Shown piece by piece: positions 8,974-19,098 of a stretch of DNA of 64,000 bases. Made by a program: the position numbers and the translations under genes. Under the pieces are notes generated by a model. That model was given only the letters and a program-made list of their open reading frames with translations. It was not told where the DNA came from and ran no database searches. The first letter of the stretch is position 1, and each line of letters opens with the position of its first letter. The DNA lies in the IMG/VR virus record IMGVR_UViG_3300032038_000001, positions 128,001 to 192,000 of that record; one strand, written 5' to 3'. Source of the DNA: a virus. Its lineage: Duplodnaviria > Caudoviricetes.

Positions 8974-10252
8974 CGTGACGACTTTATCTGAAATGATTTA
9001 TAATAAAGAGCAGGAAGCTGAAATTATTTTTGAAACAGCTACTGATTCACATATAATGTTAGAAAAGCTTTATCCAAAAATAGCAGCAGTACTTAGTACT
9101 CCTCAAGGTGATAAAAAATTTAAACAGTTGATTGGTCAATATATGGATAGAAACAGTGAAAAACTTCATACATCAGGACCTGTTTATTTAATTCCATTCA
9201 CATCGGTTGAAAAGGCACAGTATTGTGATTTGTTTGGTTTAGAATATAAACTTTCAGGAAGTAGTAAAGAACAGAAAATACATATACCTGAAGTTGATAA
9301 ATTAATTGATGATGTAGTTAACTCACTAGGCTCTAAGTCAGACTTTAAACTATTAAAAGGTAACCCGATATTTTGGATATTTTATTGTTGCATAAGATAC
9401 TATCATATCAAGAAAGATCAAAAAGGTCTAAATTCTGCTCTTGCTATTTATGCATTAGCAGATTATCCTGCGGTTTTTAGTTTATTTTTTAAATATGGTG
9501 CGGACGAAGCAGTAATGCAGTATACTATTGATAATCTTACAGAAAAGTTTATCATTAAGCAGCAGGGTCATATATTTGGTGCACTTTTTGTGTCAATACA
9601 AAATTCATATAACTTTTTAAAAGCTTTCATGAATGATGCATCTGATAAAGAAATGATACGATGGATACAGCGTATTCGTAATGACCAGAAGTCAATGATA
9701 AAGAAAATATGCGATCAGTATATGAAAAATCATGCAGCTGGATTACGTGTAACGTTGACGAAAGACACATATAGCGATGAAATGAGAATAGACGTTGATG
9801 AACAAAATAAGACATCATCTGTTGAAGCAGTAGGTCGAAAGATTACTCTTAAAATATTAACACAAGATATAAATTTAAGATTAATTAGTATGGTAGCAAA
9901 AATAAGCGGTGTGTCAATTTCTGAAACTAGATTTTATTTAACTAAGATAATTTCAGATAAATACACTGATGATATTCAAAAATTTATTGAAGCAATTTTA
10001 TTCTTATATCTATACGATGAAAATAAAAAAGCTGAAGATATCAATTCTCGTTATTTTCTACATTGGTCTGAGGACTTGTTTAGAAAGACTAATTCAAATA
10101 ATGATAATATACGCAGAATAAAAGAAACCCTTGATAAATGGGCAGAAGAAGTGGGTGTACATGAAAAATATAGGAGAGAAGCTTCTCGTGTAAATTATAA
10201 AAAAGCGATATTCTTTTATTTTATTTTCTGTATACAAGCATATAATAACTAA
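8974..10252 (+). CDS. hypothetical late protein, possibly virion-associated
   Basis: GTG8974 after AGGAGG; AACA-N6-TA at 8936-8947. Confidence 0.7.
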
Positions 10253-10399
10253 AAAAATAAAGATTGAGTAAGGGAGATAAAACCCTTACTCAATCTTTTT
10301 ATAACATCAAAGGAAGTAAAAATGTAATGAAAATAAGCATAACTTAAAGTTGTTTCCATCCAATCAATAAGCTTATATCTATGTTGTATAGATATAAAA

Positions 10400-10672
10400 C
10401 TAGAAATTATCACGAGTGTCACAACCATCTTTAGATTCTTTACATATAATGACAATTCTGGCATTATCGCTGTCATAATAGTATTTAAATAACATATATG
10501 CTTTTTCATCTTTATATATGTAATATTGACCTTTAGCACCTACAGATGCAAACTCCTTAATTTCAACCGGAGCAGAAATCCATTCTGATTCTTTCTTTTT
10601 AGCATAATTAAAACCGAAATGTGTAGGATCCTTACATTCTTCAGTACTTAACAAACAAAAAAAATATGACAT
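10400..10672 (-). CDS. hypothetical protein
   Basis: 90 aa, AAAGGAG RBS. Confidence 0.6.
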   Translation of the reverse strand: MSYFFCLLSTEECKDPTHFGFNYAKKKESEWISAPVEIKEFASVGAKGQYYIYKDEKAYMLFKYYYDSDNARIVIICKESKDGCDTRDNF

Positions 10673-10768
10673 AAAAGAAAACTCCTTTCATATTTATTAT
10701 TATAACGTTTCAAATATAAAAAAAATGAGGGGTGTGATGAATAATCACACCCCTCAACAATATTATCA

Positions 10769-10945
10769 TTACTCTGCCGAGGTTATGTCCTCGACAGGAA
10801 TGTCCTGCTTTCTCTTTTCCTCTTTCTCTTTTAATGCGCGGCGCAAACTGTCATAACGCAGAATATGCTCCGCGTTATTCATCGTTGCCTTAGCAATGAT
10901 AACAGTGTTAATAAATATCACCGGTATAGCAATTGTTGTAAACAT
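10769..10945 (-). CDS. small protein (58 aa), missing from ORF track
   Basis: AAGGAGGG RBS; MFTTIAIPVIFINTVIIAKATMNNAEHILRYDSLRRALKEKEEKRKQDIPVEDITSAE. Confidence 0.65.
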   Translation of the reverse strand: MFTTIAIPVIFINTVIIAKATMNNAEHILRYDSLRRALKEKEEKRKQDIPVEDITSAE

Positions 10946-10951
10946 AATAAG

Positions 10952-11332
10952 TCAACCCTCCTTTCCACCTATGTCTTCTTTTCGTATTTCGCCGCTTTTT
11001 ATAGCAGCTTTTATTTCGGCTGTTACATCACGCCCGTTACGGTTAAAATATCGGGTATGGAACCCGATCTTTTCTCTGTAATATTCGTGCTCGTTCTTTT
11101 CGAACTGAGCACGTCTATCCAACTCGTCAGCCATGCCATACAGCACGGCTGCTGAGAATCCAGCAGCTGCGACAAGAGCCACCGTTGAGACTGTCACCTT
11201 TGTAACGGTCCAGGCTACACTAGCAGCCTTCTTAAACGTAGACTGCTTCTGCTTCTGCTCGTTTGCAACGATCTTAGCGTCTACTACGGGGTTGGTTTTC
11301 TTGTTCGTATCTTTTTTGTTATTCTTTGCCAT
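10952..11332 (-). CDS. hypothetical membrane protein
   Basis: Start re-called at ATG11332 after AAGGAGG; central hydrophobic helix. Confidence 0.7.
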   Translation of the reverse strand: MAKNNKKDTNKKTNPVVDAKIVANEQKQKQSTFKKAASVAWTVTKVTVSTVALVAAAGFSAAVLYGMADELDRRAQFEKNEHEYYREKIGFHTRYFNRNGRDVTAEIKAAIKSGEIRKEDIGGKEG

Positions 11333-11410
11333 TTTATATTCCTCCTTTAGATTTTTAATGGCTATTAGGAACATACATGTTTTGCAGTACTATGTAATAT
11401 TCCTTTACTT

Positions 11411-11449
11411 ACACTGAAATATTATATAATTATAATATTTATATATGCG
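11411..11449 (-). promoter_or_regulatory. early-type phage promoter
   Basis: CGCA-N17-TATATAATAT-N4-GTGT. Confidence 0.6.
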
Positions 11450-11493
11450 CTTTTCTATATACATTCAAATAACACCATCTGAAAAAGGGAGGA

Positions 11494-11796
11494 TTGATTA
11501 TAATGAACCTGATAATGAATATGAAATATTTCAATATTTACTCAGATGGTCATAATCATTTTATAGTTCATAACACTAGGAAAAAATTTTCAGAAGGGCA
11601 TACTCATATAGATAACTTTAATAGTGCTAAGTATATATCATACTTAGCACTATATAAAAAGATACCACAAAAACGTAGACTATCATTATATCTTATTGAA
11701 TCAGTTATACGGTTATCAACTGATAAAGAATATATTGAATCTATGTATGAATTAAAACGTGAGATTATAACTAAAAAAGAAGCAAGGAGAAGTTAA
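11494..11796 (+). CDS. hypothetical protein
   Basis: 100 aa, GGGAGG RBS; FIVHNTRKKFSEGHTH motif. Confidence 0.65.
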   Translation: MIIMNLIMNMKYFNIYSDGHNHFIVHNTRKKFSEGHTHIDNFNSAKYISYLALYKKIPQKRRLSLYLIESVIRLSTDKEYIESMYELKREIITKKEARRS

Positions 11797-11813
11797 TCTC
11801 CTTGCTTCTTTTA

Positions 11814-12233
11814 TTACTGATTATTATAAACTCGCCAGCCATTTTGCCAACGCTCATCCTGATACCTTGTTATCAATCCATTATATCCTTTACCTGGAAC
11901 CCAAGTCTCAAAAACGTTACCATTTTCATCTTTTACAACATCATCATTAATGTCATAATAAATGAACTCATTATCGTCAAAAAGATTATGAGTAATACCT
12001 ACGCCAGGATGTTCATATGCAAAAACTAATATATTTACCATACTAGTATTTTCACTGATACTTTCACTGAAATTATATTCATTAAGTTTCTCAGTTATTT
12101 CAGCCTTTTCACGAATGATATCATCAAACGCTTTCTTATCATTGTGAACAAGATGCGAAAGCATAATTAAATCATAATATCTAACTCTAAGTTCAATAAT
12201 ATCTTGAATAGTCTTGTATAAATTAGTTGTCAT
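11814..12233 (-). CDS. hypothetical protein
   Basis: 139 aa, AAAGGAG RBS. Confidence 0.7.
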   Translation of the reverse strand: MTTNLYKTIQDIIELRVRYYDLIMLSHLVHNDKKAFDDIIREKAEITEKLNEYNFSESISENTSMVNILVFAYEHPGVGITHNLFDDNEFIYYDINDDVVKDENGNVFETWVPGKGYNGLITRYQDERWQNGWRVYNNQ

Positions 12234-12272
12234 CAGACAATTCTCCTTTCACAGAATTTATAGTATTGTTTC

Positions 12273-12833
12273 TTAAAGATATAAACTGTTAAGGACTATA
12301 TCATCTGTGTTTTCAACTGATGCTAAACGTAATGCTGACATCTCTGTATCTGTAAAAATACGGATTTTTCGAAGTTCATTACCGTTATTGCTATATACGA
12401 ATTTATATCCTTCAAGTGATATTATTTCAATGATACCATTACTTTTAAGTGTCATCGTAATATTTAATCCGTACGTACTTTCAATCATATTAAATTCGAT
12501 AACGACTCCATTTTTTACAGGAGTTATATGATCACATAGTACTACATTATTAGTTTCATTAATATTACCTATTTGAGCATGGTAATCATTTATCATACCA
12601 AATTCATAATTAAGAAAACTAATCGTATCAGCAATTAATTCATCTGATGGTTTATCAAAATTAAAATAATTTTGATATTTCTGTTCACGAAGTTTTCTTA
12701 GAAGATTAATGAAATTTTTAACTATAATTCTCACTTGTATCTCACTTCTTTCTATTTGCTTTACGAGATTTTTTAGCAATCTTTTTTCTCTTTTTATTGT
12801 TTTTAAATTTAATAGAGTTTTTACTTCTATCAA
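12273..12833 (-). CDS. hypothetical protein; true start probably downstream of 12833
   Basis: 186 aa ORF overlapping the upstream small ORF. Confidence 0.55.
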   Translation of the reverse strand: MIEVKTLLNLKTIKREKRLLKNLVKQIERSEIQVRIIVKNFINLLRKLREQKYQNYFNFDKPSDELIADTISFLNYEFGMINDYHAQIGNINETNNVVLCDHITPVKNGVVIEFNMIESTYGLNITMTLKSNGIIEIISLEGYKFVYSNNGNELRKIRIFTDTEMSALRLASVENTDDIVLNSLYL

Positions 12834-12933
12834 TGTTTATTAATGCGTTATCATCAGGTTTATTCAAGAAATCATTAATACTTGACGATTCATTTAACAT
12901 TGATAAATACTCGGTATAGTCTCTTTCATTCAT
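12742..12933 (-). CDS. small basic-tailed protein
   Basis: 63 aa, AGGAGGG RBS, C-terminal KKRKKIAKKSRKANRKK. Confidence 0.65.
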   Translation of the reverse strand: MNERDYTEYLSMLNESSSINDFLNKPDDNALINIDRSKNSIKFKNNKKRKKIAKKSRKANRKK

Positions 12934-12949
12934 ATCAAATTCCCTCCTA

Positions 12950-13459
12950 TTAGGTTATATATATTTCAATAGGATTGCATCCTAAAAATATATTCTCCGA
13001 TAAATAACATTCACCAACAGGTAAACATATATATTTTAATGATGTACAATAAGCAAAAGCCTCTTTATCAATTAACGTACACCCACCTGGTATACTAATA
13101 GCCTCAAGACTCTCACATTTATAGAAAGCACGAGTTCCTATTGATTTGACACTATGAGAAAAATTAACAATTGCCAAGTTTGTACAACCTGAAAATGCTT
13201 CATCAGGTATTGCTAAATATGCATGGGGAAGTTTAATACTTTTCAAGTTTTTCATATTTGAAAAAGTGCCTTCCTCAATAACAGTAACCTCAGACTTAGA
13301 TAAATCAATAGATTCTATTTCATCTTTATAATTATTGAAGCAATTAGAACCCAGTACATCAATTCCTTTAGGTATTAAAATATTTTTAACAGCTTCAATA
13401 GGAAGCCCGGGTTCTATTGTTTCTAATGCTACCTTTCTAGGGCTTAACGTTAAATTCAT
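12950..13459 (-). CDS. BspA-type leucine-rich repeat (LRR_5) protein
   Basis: Repeats of I...AF.GC..L..[IV]..P. Confidence 0.85.
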   Translation of the reverse strand: MNLTLSPRKVALETIEPGLPIEAVKNILIPKGIDVLGSNCFNNYKDEIESIDLSKSEVTVIEEGTFSNMKNLKSIKLPHAYLAIPDEAFSGCTNLAIVNFSHSVKSIGTRAFYKCESLEAISIPGGCTLIDKEAFAYCTSLKYICLPVGECYLSENIFLGCNPIEIYIT

Positions 13460-13472
13460 TTTTATTTCCTCC

Positions 13473-14036
13473 TTATCGTATATCTCTTATAGATAATCTT
13501 TTATATTCTGGTTCATCTTCACGACTATCCACATTTTTTATGTTATGAATTATAACTTCGGTAATTGTATCAGGGAAGTAGTTAAAGAAATTACCTTTTA
13601 TTTTATTATATAAGTTATTAGACATAGTTACACTTCTCATCCACATATTATCAGCAAAAGCGTTTCTCCCTATATCTATAACTGAATCAGGTAATTCAAT
13701 GCCTAATATCATGGTTCTCGAAAATGCATATTCTCCGATATACTCAATTTTATCGTTGAATTTTACTGCCATAAGTTTATGGCAGTTTATGAACGCACTA
13801 TAATTTATGGTTTTTAAATTCTTAGGCAGTATTACCGATGTTATATAGTGGTCATCTTTAAAACACTCGGCATCTATTTCCTTAATTTCTTCAGGAATTA
13901 TAACATTTGAAGAATCAAGTTTTGGATTATATGTTATACCTCTAAGATGACCTTCACATATATCAAATATATGATTTTCGTGTTTTACTTTAACAGGTTC
14001 TCTGTTATTTTTTACATTAGATTTTTTCATTATCAT
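13473..14036 (-). CDS. BspA-type leucine-rich repeat (LRR_5) protein
   Basis: IPEEIKEIDAECF, LPKNLKTINYSAF, LPDSVIDIGRNAF. Confidence 0.85.
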   Translation of the reverse strand: MIMKKSNVKNNREPVKVKHENHIFDICEGHLRGITYNPKLDSSNVIIPEEIKEIDAECFKDDHYITSVILPKNLKTINYSAFINCHKLMAVKFNDKIEYIGEYAFSRTMILGIELPDSVIDIGRNAFADNMWMRSVTMSNNLYNKIKGNFFNYFPDTITEVIIHNIKNVDSREDEPEYKRLSIRDIR

Positions 14037-14622
14037 TCACATTCCTTTTCATGTCTTTTTTTTTCATTGTCATTGTTTGATTGGCTTTACTAATATATGA
14101 AACATAGAAACCGTGTTTCATATATAAATGACGAGCTATTTCATTATCAGTAAATAAATTTAATGATTTAGCACCATACAAATTTATTGCATCATTCATT
14201 AATATATGACCCATTCCATATCCACGATAATCTTCTTCAACATATATAGGTTGAATCCGTTTAGATTTATCTTTAGTTACAAATACGTATCCTATTATTT
14301 CATACAATGATAATTTACCAGATTCAATATACCCAGTAAATTTATAATTCTCATTATTTTCATTATAGTTAACATTAAAGCCGTATATTACATCTGATTT
14401 AATTTTAATATTTTCATCATTTTTTGGAATCACCAAAAATTCACCATCAAAAAATTGAAGGAATTCTTCAAACGACTTTCTTGAGGTATCGTTACATGGA
14501 TAATAATTTACTAAAATTGATTTCCAAAAATTATATCCATGGTCTACTCTTACCCTCATGAAACTAAAATCTATCTCTTTCTTTTTAAAATTTGGGTTAA
14601 GAACACTTTTTTCAGTACTCAT
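14017..14622 (-). CDS. GNAT-family acetyltransferase
   Basis: VEEDYRGYGMGHILM acetyl-CoA motif A and NEIARHLYMKHGF motif B. Confidence 0.85.
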   Translation of the reverse strand: MSTEKSVLNPNFKKKEIDFSFMRVRVDHGYNFWKSILVNYYPCNDTSRKSFEEFLQFFDGEFLVIPKNDENIKIKSDVIYGFNVNYNENNENYKFTGYIESGKLSLYEIIGYVFVTKDKSKRIQPIYVEEDYRGYGMGHILMNDAINLYGAKSLNLFTDNEIARHLYMKHGFYVSYISKANQTMTMKKKDMKRNVNDNEKI

Positions 14623-14699
14623 AATTTAACCATTCCTTTCCAAAAATTTATAAATATGTGACGATGAATATAATCATTCATCGTCACATATTTATTTTT

Positions 14700-14943
14700 T
14701 TATTCGTTAACTATTTCCGTTTCAGGCTGATCGTTCTCTGTTTTACCTATAGTACAGAAGTAATGAAGATCAATCAGCTGACCTTTCGTGATAGTGAAGT
14801 AGTCATTTAACATACCACTATCACGGTCTACAATCATACGTTCGATAGGATTAAATTTCCTAAACATATAAACGAATGATTTATCCATAATACCGATAAT
14901 ATTCAGGATATCTCCATCAAAATCAGCATTAAGCCCGGGCAAG
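14700..14943 (-). CDS. rpoC: RNA polymerase beta' N-terminal subunit, exon 3 (catalytic NADFDGD)
   Basis: LPGLNADFDGDILN; preceded by omega-G 14944; first bases CUUGCCC pair with intron GGGCGAG (P10). Confidence 0.92.
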
Positions 14944-16801
14944 CAATCGGCATTCAGACCGTATTCTTTTTTAATTTATTGTTTATAAAATCTGAATGCT
15001 AATTAAATTGTATTTGAATTATTATATTGCTTTTAGTTAGTTTACTTGACTATATGTCTCTTTATAATAATTGAAAACTTTAATAAAATCTTCATTATTT
15101 TCTTTTCGTTCATTAAATTCATTGATAAATTCATTTAAAGTTAACTCTGGTATATTATCATCATATTTATCAATATAATTTTGATAAAATTTATATGCCA
15201 AATCATTTTCTATATTTGGTATTGAGAATATCCATGCAAGTATCGTATTAAGTCTCCAGTTTTCACTATCCACTTTATCCTGAAATTTATTAGTAAATAT
15301 AAGATTGGTATCAATAGCATGATGGATATTTTCATATATATCACACCATTCTAGATTTATAGCATAATTACATTCAGGATTACCATTTATATGATTAACA
15401 CAATTATATCTTTTCGGATTTTTATTTTTTACAAACATAAATGCAACTAATCTATGAATTGAAAACTCATCGAACCCATTATCGGTATTTAAAGATACCG
15501 ATAAATGACTTTGATTGCATCGATTGATATTGTGTGATTTATGAATGTTTGTATAGAAGCCCTTTGTGTTATTCCATATTCTACCAAAATTACTAATACG
15601 ATAGTCATCAATAAAATTAGTGCCTGGTATTTCTAGTTTCTTCCATTTTTCTTTACCTAAAATTGGAATATATAAAGTCGTCCACTCACGTTCTTGTTGG
15701 TGAACTTTGTTATTTACATCCCAATTATCTCCCCAATATAAGTTACTTTTATCACAATTAGTAGGGTTACCATCACGGAAAATAACTATATCTTTTCCTT
15801 CAGGTTTAGGTATAAAATGAAAAGCCACTAATCTACTCACAGAAGCATGCATTACATCAGATGAACTTTTATCGTAGTATAAGTTATATCTTAAGTAATC
15901 CTTATTTCTAGGGTCTTTAAATGGTTTAATGAACGAATCGGTATTACTATTGTAAAGTCTACCATCTTCACAAATATAATACTCGTAGTATAACTTTGTA
16001 CCTATATCCACTTTCTCCCATTCTTTGGTTTCATGATGGATATTAATTAAAGCTGTTATTCCTTTATCAATAGAAAGGTTGGATAGTTTACAGTTGTAAA
16101 TATTCCCATCAATATGATGGATATACATACCGGTTTTATAATCTGGGAAAAACATTAACACCATTAATTCATCATGATAAAAGAATTTTCGTTTGATTTT
16201 GCCATTATCAGCTATTATATTGAAAAAGATTGCAGGGCATTCATTCGGTCTTCTTTTATCATTATATGGATTTATATGATTTCCTGTAGATTTATTATAA
16301 ACCGTACCATCTTCATATATTTCATATTCATAAAGAAAATCTATATCTGGTAGTTTAATTATTTTATGCTTAATTTGATTTTCCCTCCTTAAGTTATTAT
16401 TAGCAATATAATAAATTCAAATACAATATTCTAGACTATATCTTCAATGTATATTCTTTAATAACAAATATACATAGCTGTCCGTTTCGTTTTAATAGAT
16501 TTACTTATAGCTAATCTCACTATAATACTAACCCTTAATAGGCACTACTCTACTCACTTCTTCACCCAAGTATTTCTCTTAAGCTATGCTTTCGATAGTC
16601 GTTGAACTCATATCTCCTTTATAAATTCTTTATAAAGGGATACTTTGCTGCGTCGATTGATTCAAATAAATACCTTTTTACTATACCTTTGGAGTTACCC
16701 ATTGCCATTATCATTATTACTAAGATAATTTAGTAGTATCTATTTATAGAATTCGTCCCCGCAATTAGAACAGTTTAATGTCGACCTCGCCCGTATGGTC
16801 A
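14944..16801 (-). mobile_element. group I intron 2 of the beta' gene (1858 nt), endonuclease ORF in the P9 loop
   Basis: P1 UGUCGAU/GUCGACA with U.G splice pair; core AAUUGCGGGGA, GACGCAGC, CAACGACUAUC, AAGAUAUAGUC; ~24-bp inverted repeat (15008-15031 / 16402-16426) closes the ORF. Confidence 0.9.
15037..16374 (-). CDS. intron-encoded HNH homing endonuclease with three tandem NUMOD4-HNH units, probable ATT start
   Basis: Frame stays open 70 codons upstream of ATG16164 to ATT16374, 9 nt after AAGGAGG; third unit IHRLVA...NHINGNPECNYAINLEWC. Confidence 0.8.
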   Translation of the reverse strand: MKHKIIKLPDIDFLYEYEIYEDGTVYNKSTGNHINPYNDKRRPNECPAIFFNIIADNGKIKRKFFYHDELMVLMFFPDYKTGMYIHHIDGNIYNCKLSNLSIDKGITALINIHHETKEWEKVDIGTKLYYEYYICEDGRLYNSNTDSFIKPFKDPRNKDYLRYNLYYDKSSSDVMHASVSRLVAFHFIPKPEGKDIVIFRDGNPTNCDKSNLYWGDNWDVNNKVHQQEREWTTLYIPILGKEKWKKLEIPGTNFIDDYRISNFGRIWNNTKGFYTNIHKSHNINRCNQSHLSVSLNTDNGFDEFSIHRLVAFMFVKNKNPKRYNCVNHINGNPECNYAINLEWCDIYENIHHAIDTNLIFTNKFQDKVDSENWRLNTILAWIFSIPNIENDLAYKFYQNYIDKYDDNIPELTLNEFINEFNERKENNEDFIKVFNYYKETYSQVN

Positions 16802-16885
16802 ATCGACAGTGGAACTGATAAACAGTAATCATTCTTATCATGTTTTATCTTTCTTATTTTCATAAGCAACATGCTATAAAAATTC
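16802..16885 (-). CDS. rpoC: RNA polymerase beta' N-terminal subunit, 84-nt exon 2
   Basis: (L)NFYSMLLMKIRKIKHDKNDYCLSVPLS(I); joins exons 1 and 3 in frame (1130+84+244=1458 nt, 485 aa). Confidence 0.88.
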
Positions 16886-17432
16886 CATTAACTATATAAT
16901 TCCCATTATATAACTGACTATATCATCATCTTTATATACTATTAACATATATAAAGAGCTCCCCATTTCGCTTTAATAGATTTACTTATAGCTAATCTCA
17001 CTATAATACTAACCTTGTTACAGGCGCTACTCTACTCACTTCTTTTACCAATGTATTTCTACATAGGCTATGCTTTCGATAGTCGATGAACGTTCTTATA
17101 CTAAATGATTACTTATTTCATAAATAGGGATTTCACCTATTGAAAGTGTTTTCCATATTTCGTTATCCTCATTCAATTCTATTAACTGATAATATTGCTT
17201 TAAAAATTTGGATAAAGGTTTGCGTTTTTTAGGCATATTTTTTTTCACCTCTTTTATTTTTTTAATCATTTAGTATATGCTTCGCTGCGGATTGTCTCTA
17301 TTCTCAATCTTTTTACTATACCTAAGGAGTTACCCTTCGCCCTCAAAAATATTTTGAGTTAGTAATTGAGACTTAACGAGATATCCCCGCAATTAAAGGA
17401 GTTTAACGACCTCAAATTTTTTTAGCAGCTCT
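16886..17432 (-). mobile_element. group I intron 1 of the beta' gene (547 nt)
   Basis: P1 CGACCUU/GAGGUCG; P10 AAAAAUUU/GAAUUUUU; core AAUUGCGGGGA, AAUCCGCAGC, CGACUAUC, GAUAUAGUC; P9 hairpin with GGGA loop; terminal G. Confidence 0.9.
17096..17236 (-). pseudogene. truncated NUMOD4 homing endonuclease remnant (46 aa) in the intron 1 P6 loop
   Basis: GAGGTG RBS; MPKKRKP...EIWKTLSIGEIPIYEISNHLV*; enclosed by inverted repeat TATACTAAATGATT/AATCATTTAGTATA. Confidence 0.75.
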
Positions 17433-18562
17433 AAGGTCGGATTTCTGTTTATCAGAAGTTGAGCATCGTTATGCTCTACCATAAACATCATGATATCATA
17501 AACTTTTTCATCAAACTTAAAAGCATTCTGCCATATCATTGCAGCTTTGCCCATTGAGATACCATCGAGTTTCATGAGATAATAAATTATTTTGGACTTA
17601 AAGAGTTCCAGTGCGGTATGATAAGATAAATCAACCATATTATCTTTAAGTCCTGGTTCAGGAATTATTACATTACGGGCAGTATAGTTTAAACTACCTC
17701 CAAGTAACTGTCCACGAATAAAACCCTCTTTACCATTAAGCTGGTTGAAAGTTATATCCCACATTGCATTCACTTTATTCTGCATACGCTGTAAAATGAA
17801 ATCTCTTTCAACATCTATACACTCTTTAAGACTTTCGGAAAGAGTGAAAAGTGTATTGATGATTTTATCGATAGTACCATAATAGAATGTATCAGATGTA
17901 ACGCTCTGCGGTCTGAGAAAAGTTGAATATACTGGAATGTGTGAAGTAAAGACCTTAGCCTTTTCATCAATAAGTCTATCAATCGTGGAGATTTTATTCT
18001 TCTTTTTACTTTTAAAGTAAATGAGGATATTCTCATAGTTTTTGAAGAACTCATCAACACCAATTCCAGCATATGGTGATGATGCAGGTGATTCTGCATC
18101 ATTGTTATTAGGTTTCTCTCGTTTACCGTCTTTAGTTATTCTGTATTTTGCAAATACAATATCTGGGAAAACGTTTTTACCTAATGTCTGAGAAAGCAGA
18201 TTGAAATAATATGGATTGATTATTCTGTTCGGCGCTAAATCAATCCATCCTGTTACATTGATATCAGAATCCTTGAATTCTACCTTTGTATGACAGATAG
18301 GGCATTCTTCTCCATCAAACTGCCTGCCCTGAAATTCTCCACACTTACATCTATATCTTTCGATGAATGCATGCTCATCTGAATAAGATGTTCCGTATAG
18401 AGGAGACTGTGCACCATAAAGTGCTTTCTCCTTAGTTTCATCAATAGCTACTTCAGCAGGTTCAGTGATAGTGAAACCATTTCCATAAATAATATCATAG
18501 AAATATTCACTATCCCAGTTCATCCTGCTAAGTCTAACAGCTTGCTTGTGTTTTTTACTCAC
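17433..18562 (-). CDS. rpoC: RNA polymerase beta' N-terminal subunit (non-virion type), exon 1
   Basis: Zn-finger CKCG...CPIC, GWIDL, IPVYSTFLRP, GKEGFIRGQLLGGSLNYTARNVI, LLINRNPTL. Confidence 0.92.
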
Positions 18563-18630
18563 AATATATCGTCCTTTCCTATTTTATATGTGATAGAAAT
18601 ATAATCACAAAAATATAATATATAACGTAA

Positions 18631-19092
18631 TTAAAAATTGTAAGTTGTCAAGTTTTTTAAAGTATTTTCTAACTCAATAAATACTTCATTTAAGTAATAA
18701 TTGCTATGATATTTATCTCTAAATTCTTTTATCTTATTATATATCTCTACATACATATTGGACTCATCATTATATCCTAATAGCTGATTTGCTACGTTCC
18801 TAAAAAATATAGAATCGTTAACCTTATCATTAGAATATCTTAACGTACAACGAAGACTATATATTGCGGAAATTATCGTGATTACTGTATAAGTATATTT
18901 AACAATATACTCTCTAGGATATTCATCAGTATCAAGATAATCTCTTTTAATATTATCGGGGAGATAGTGAATACATATCTCCCCGATTTCTTCTATTAAC
19001 TTTTCCAGATTGTCCTCTGAGATTTGTCCTCGTCTCCTATTGATGGTTTGCATGTAGAGAGTAAAGATATTTCCTTCTCTCTTACTATCCAT
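18631..19092 (-). CDS. hypothetical protein
   Basis: 153 aa ORF. Confidence 0.65.
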   Translation of the reverse strand: MDSKREGNIFTLYMQTINRRRGQISEDNLEKLIEEIGEICIHYLPDNIKRDYLDTDEYPREYIVKYTYTVITIISAIYSLRCTLRYSNDKVNDSIFFRNVANQLLGYNDESNMYVEIYNKIKEFRDKYHSNYYLNEVFIELENTLKNLTTYNF

Positions 19093-19098
19093 CTCTTT

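Noticed and set aside
17393-17432. C-terminus ELLKKFEVVKLL of the 389-aa ORF
   Set aside because: Read-through into intron 1; splicing restores the conserved beta' sequence
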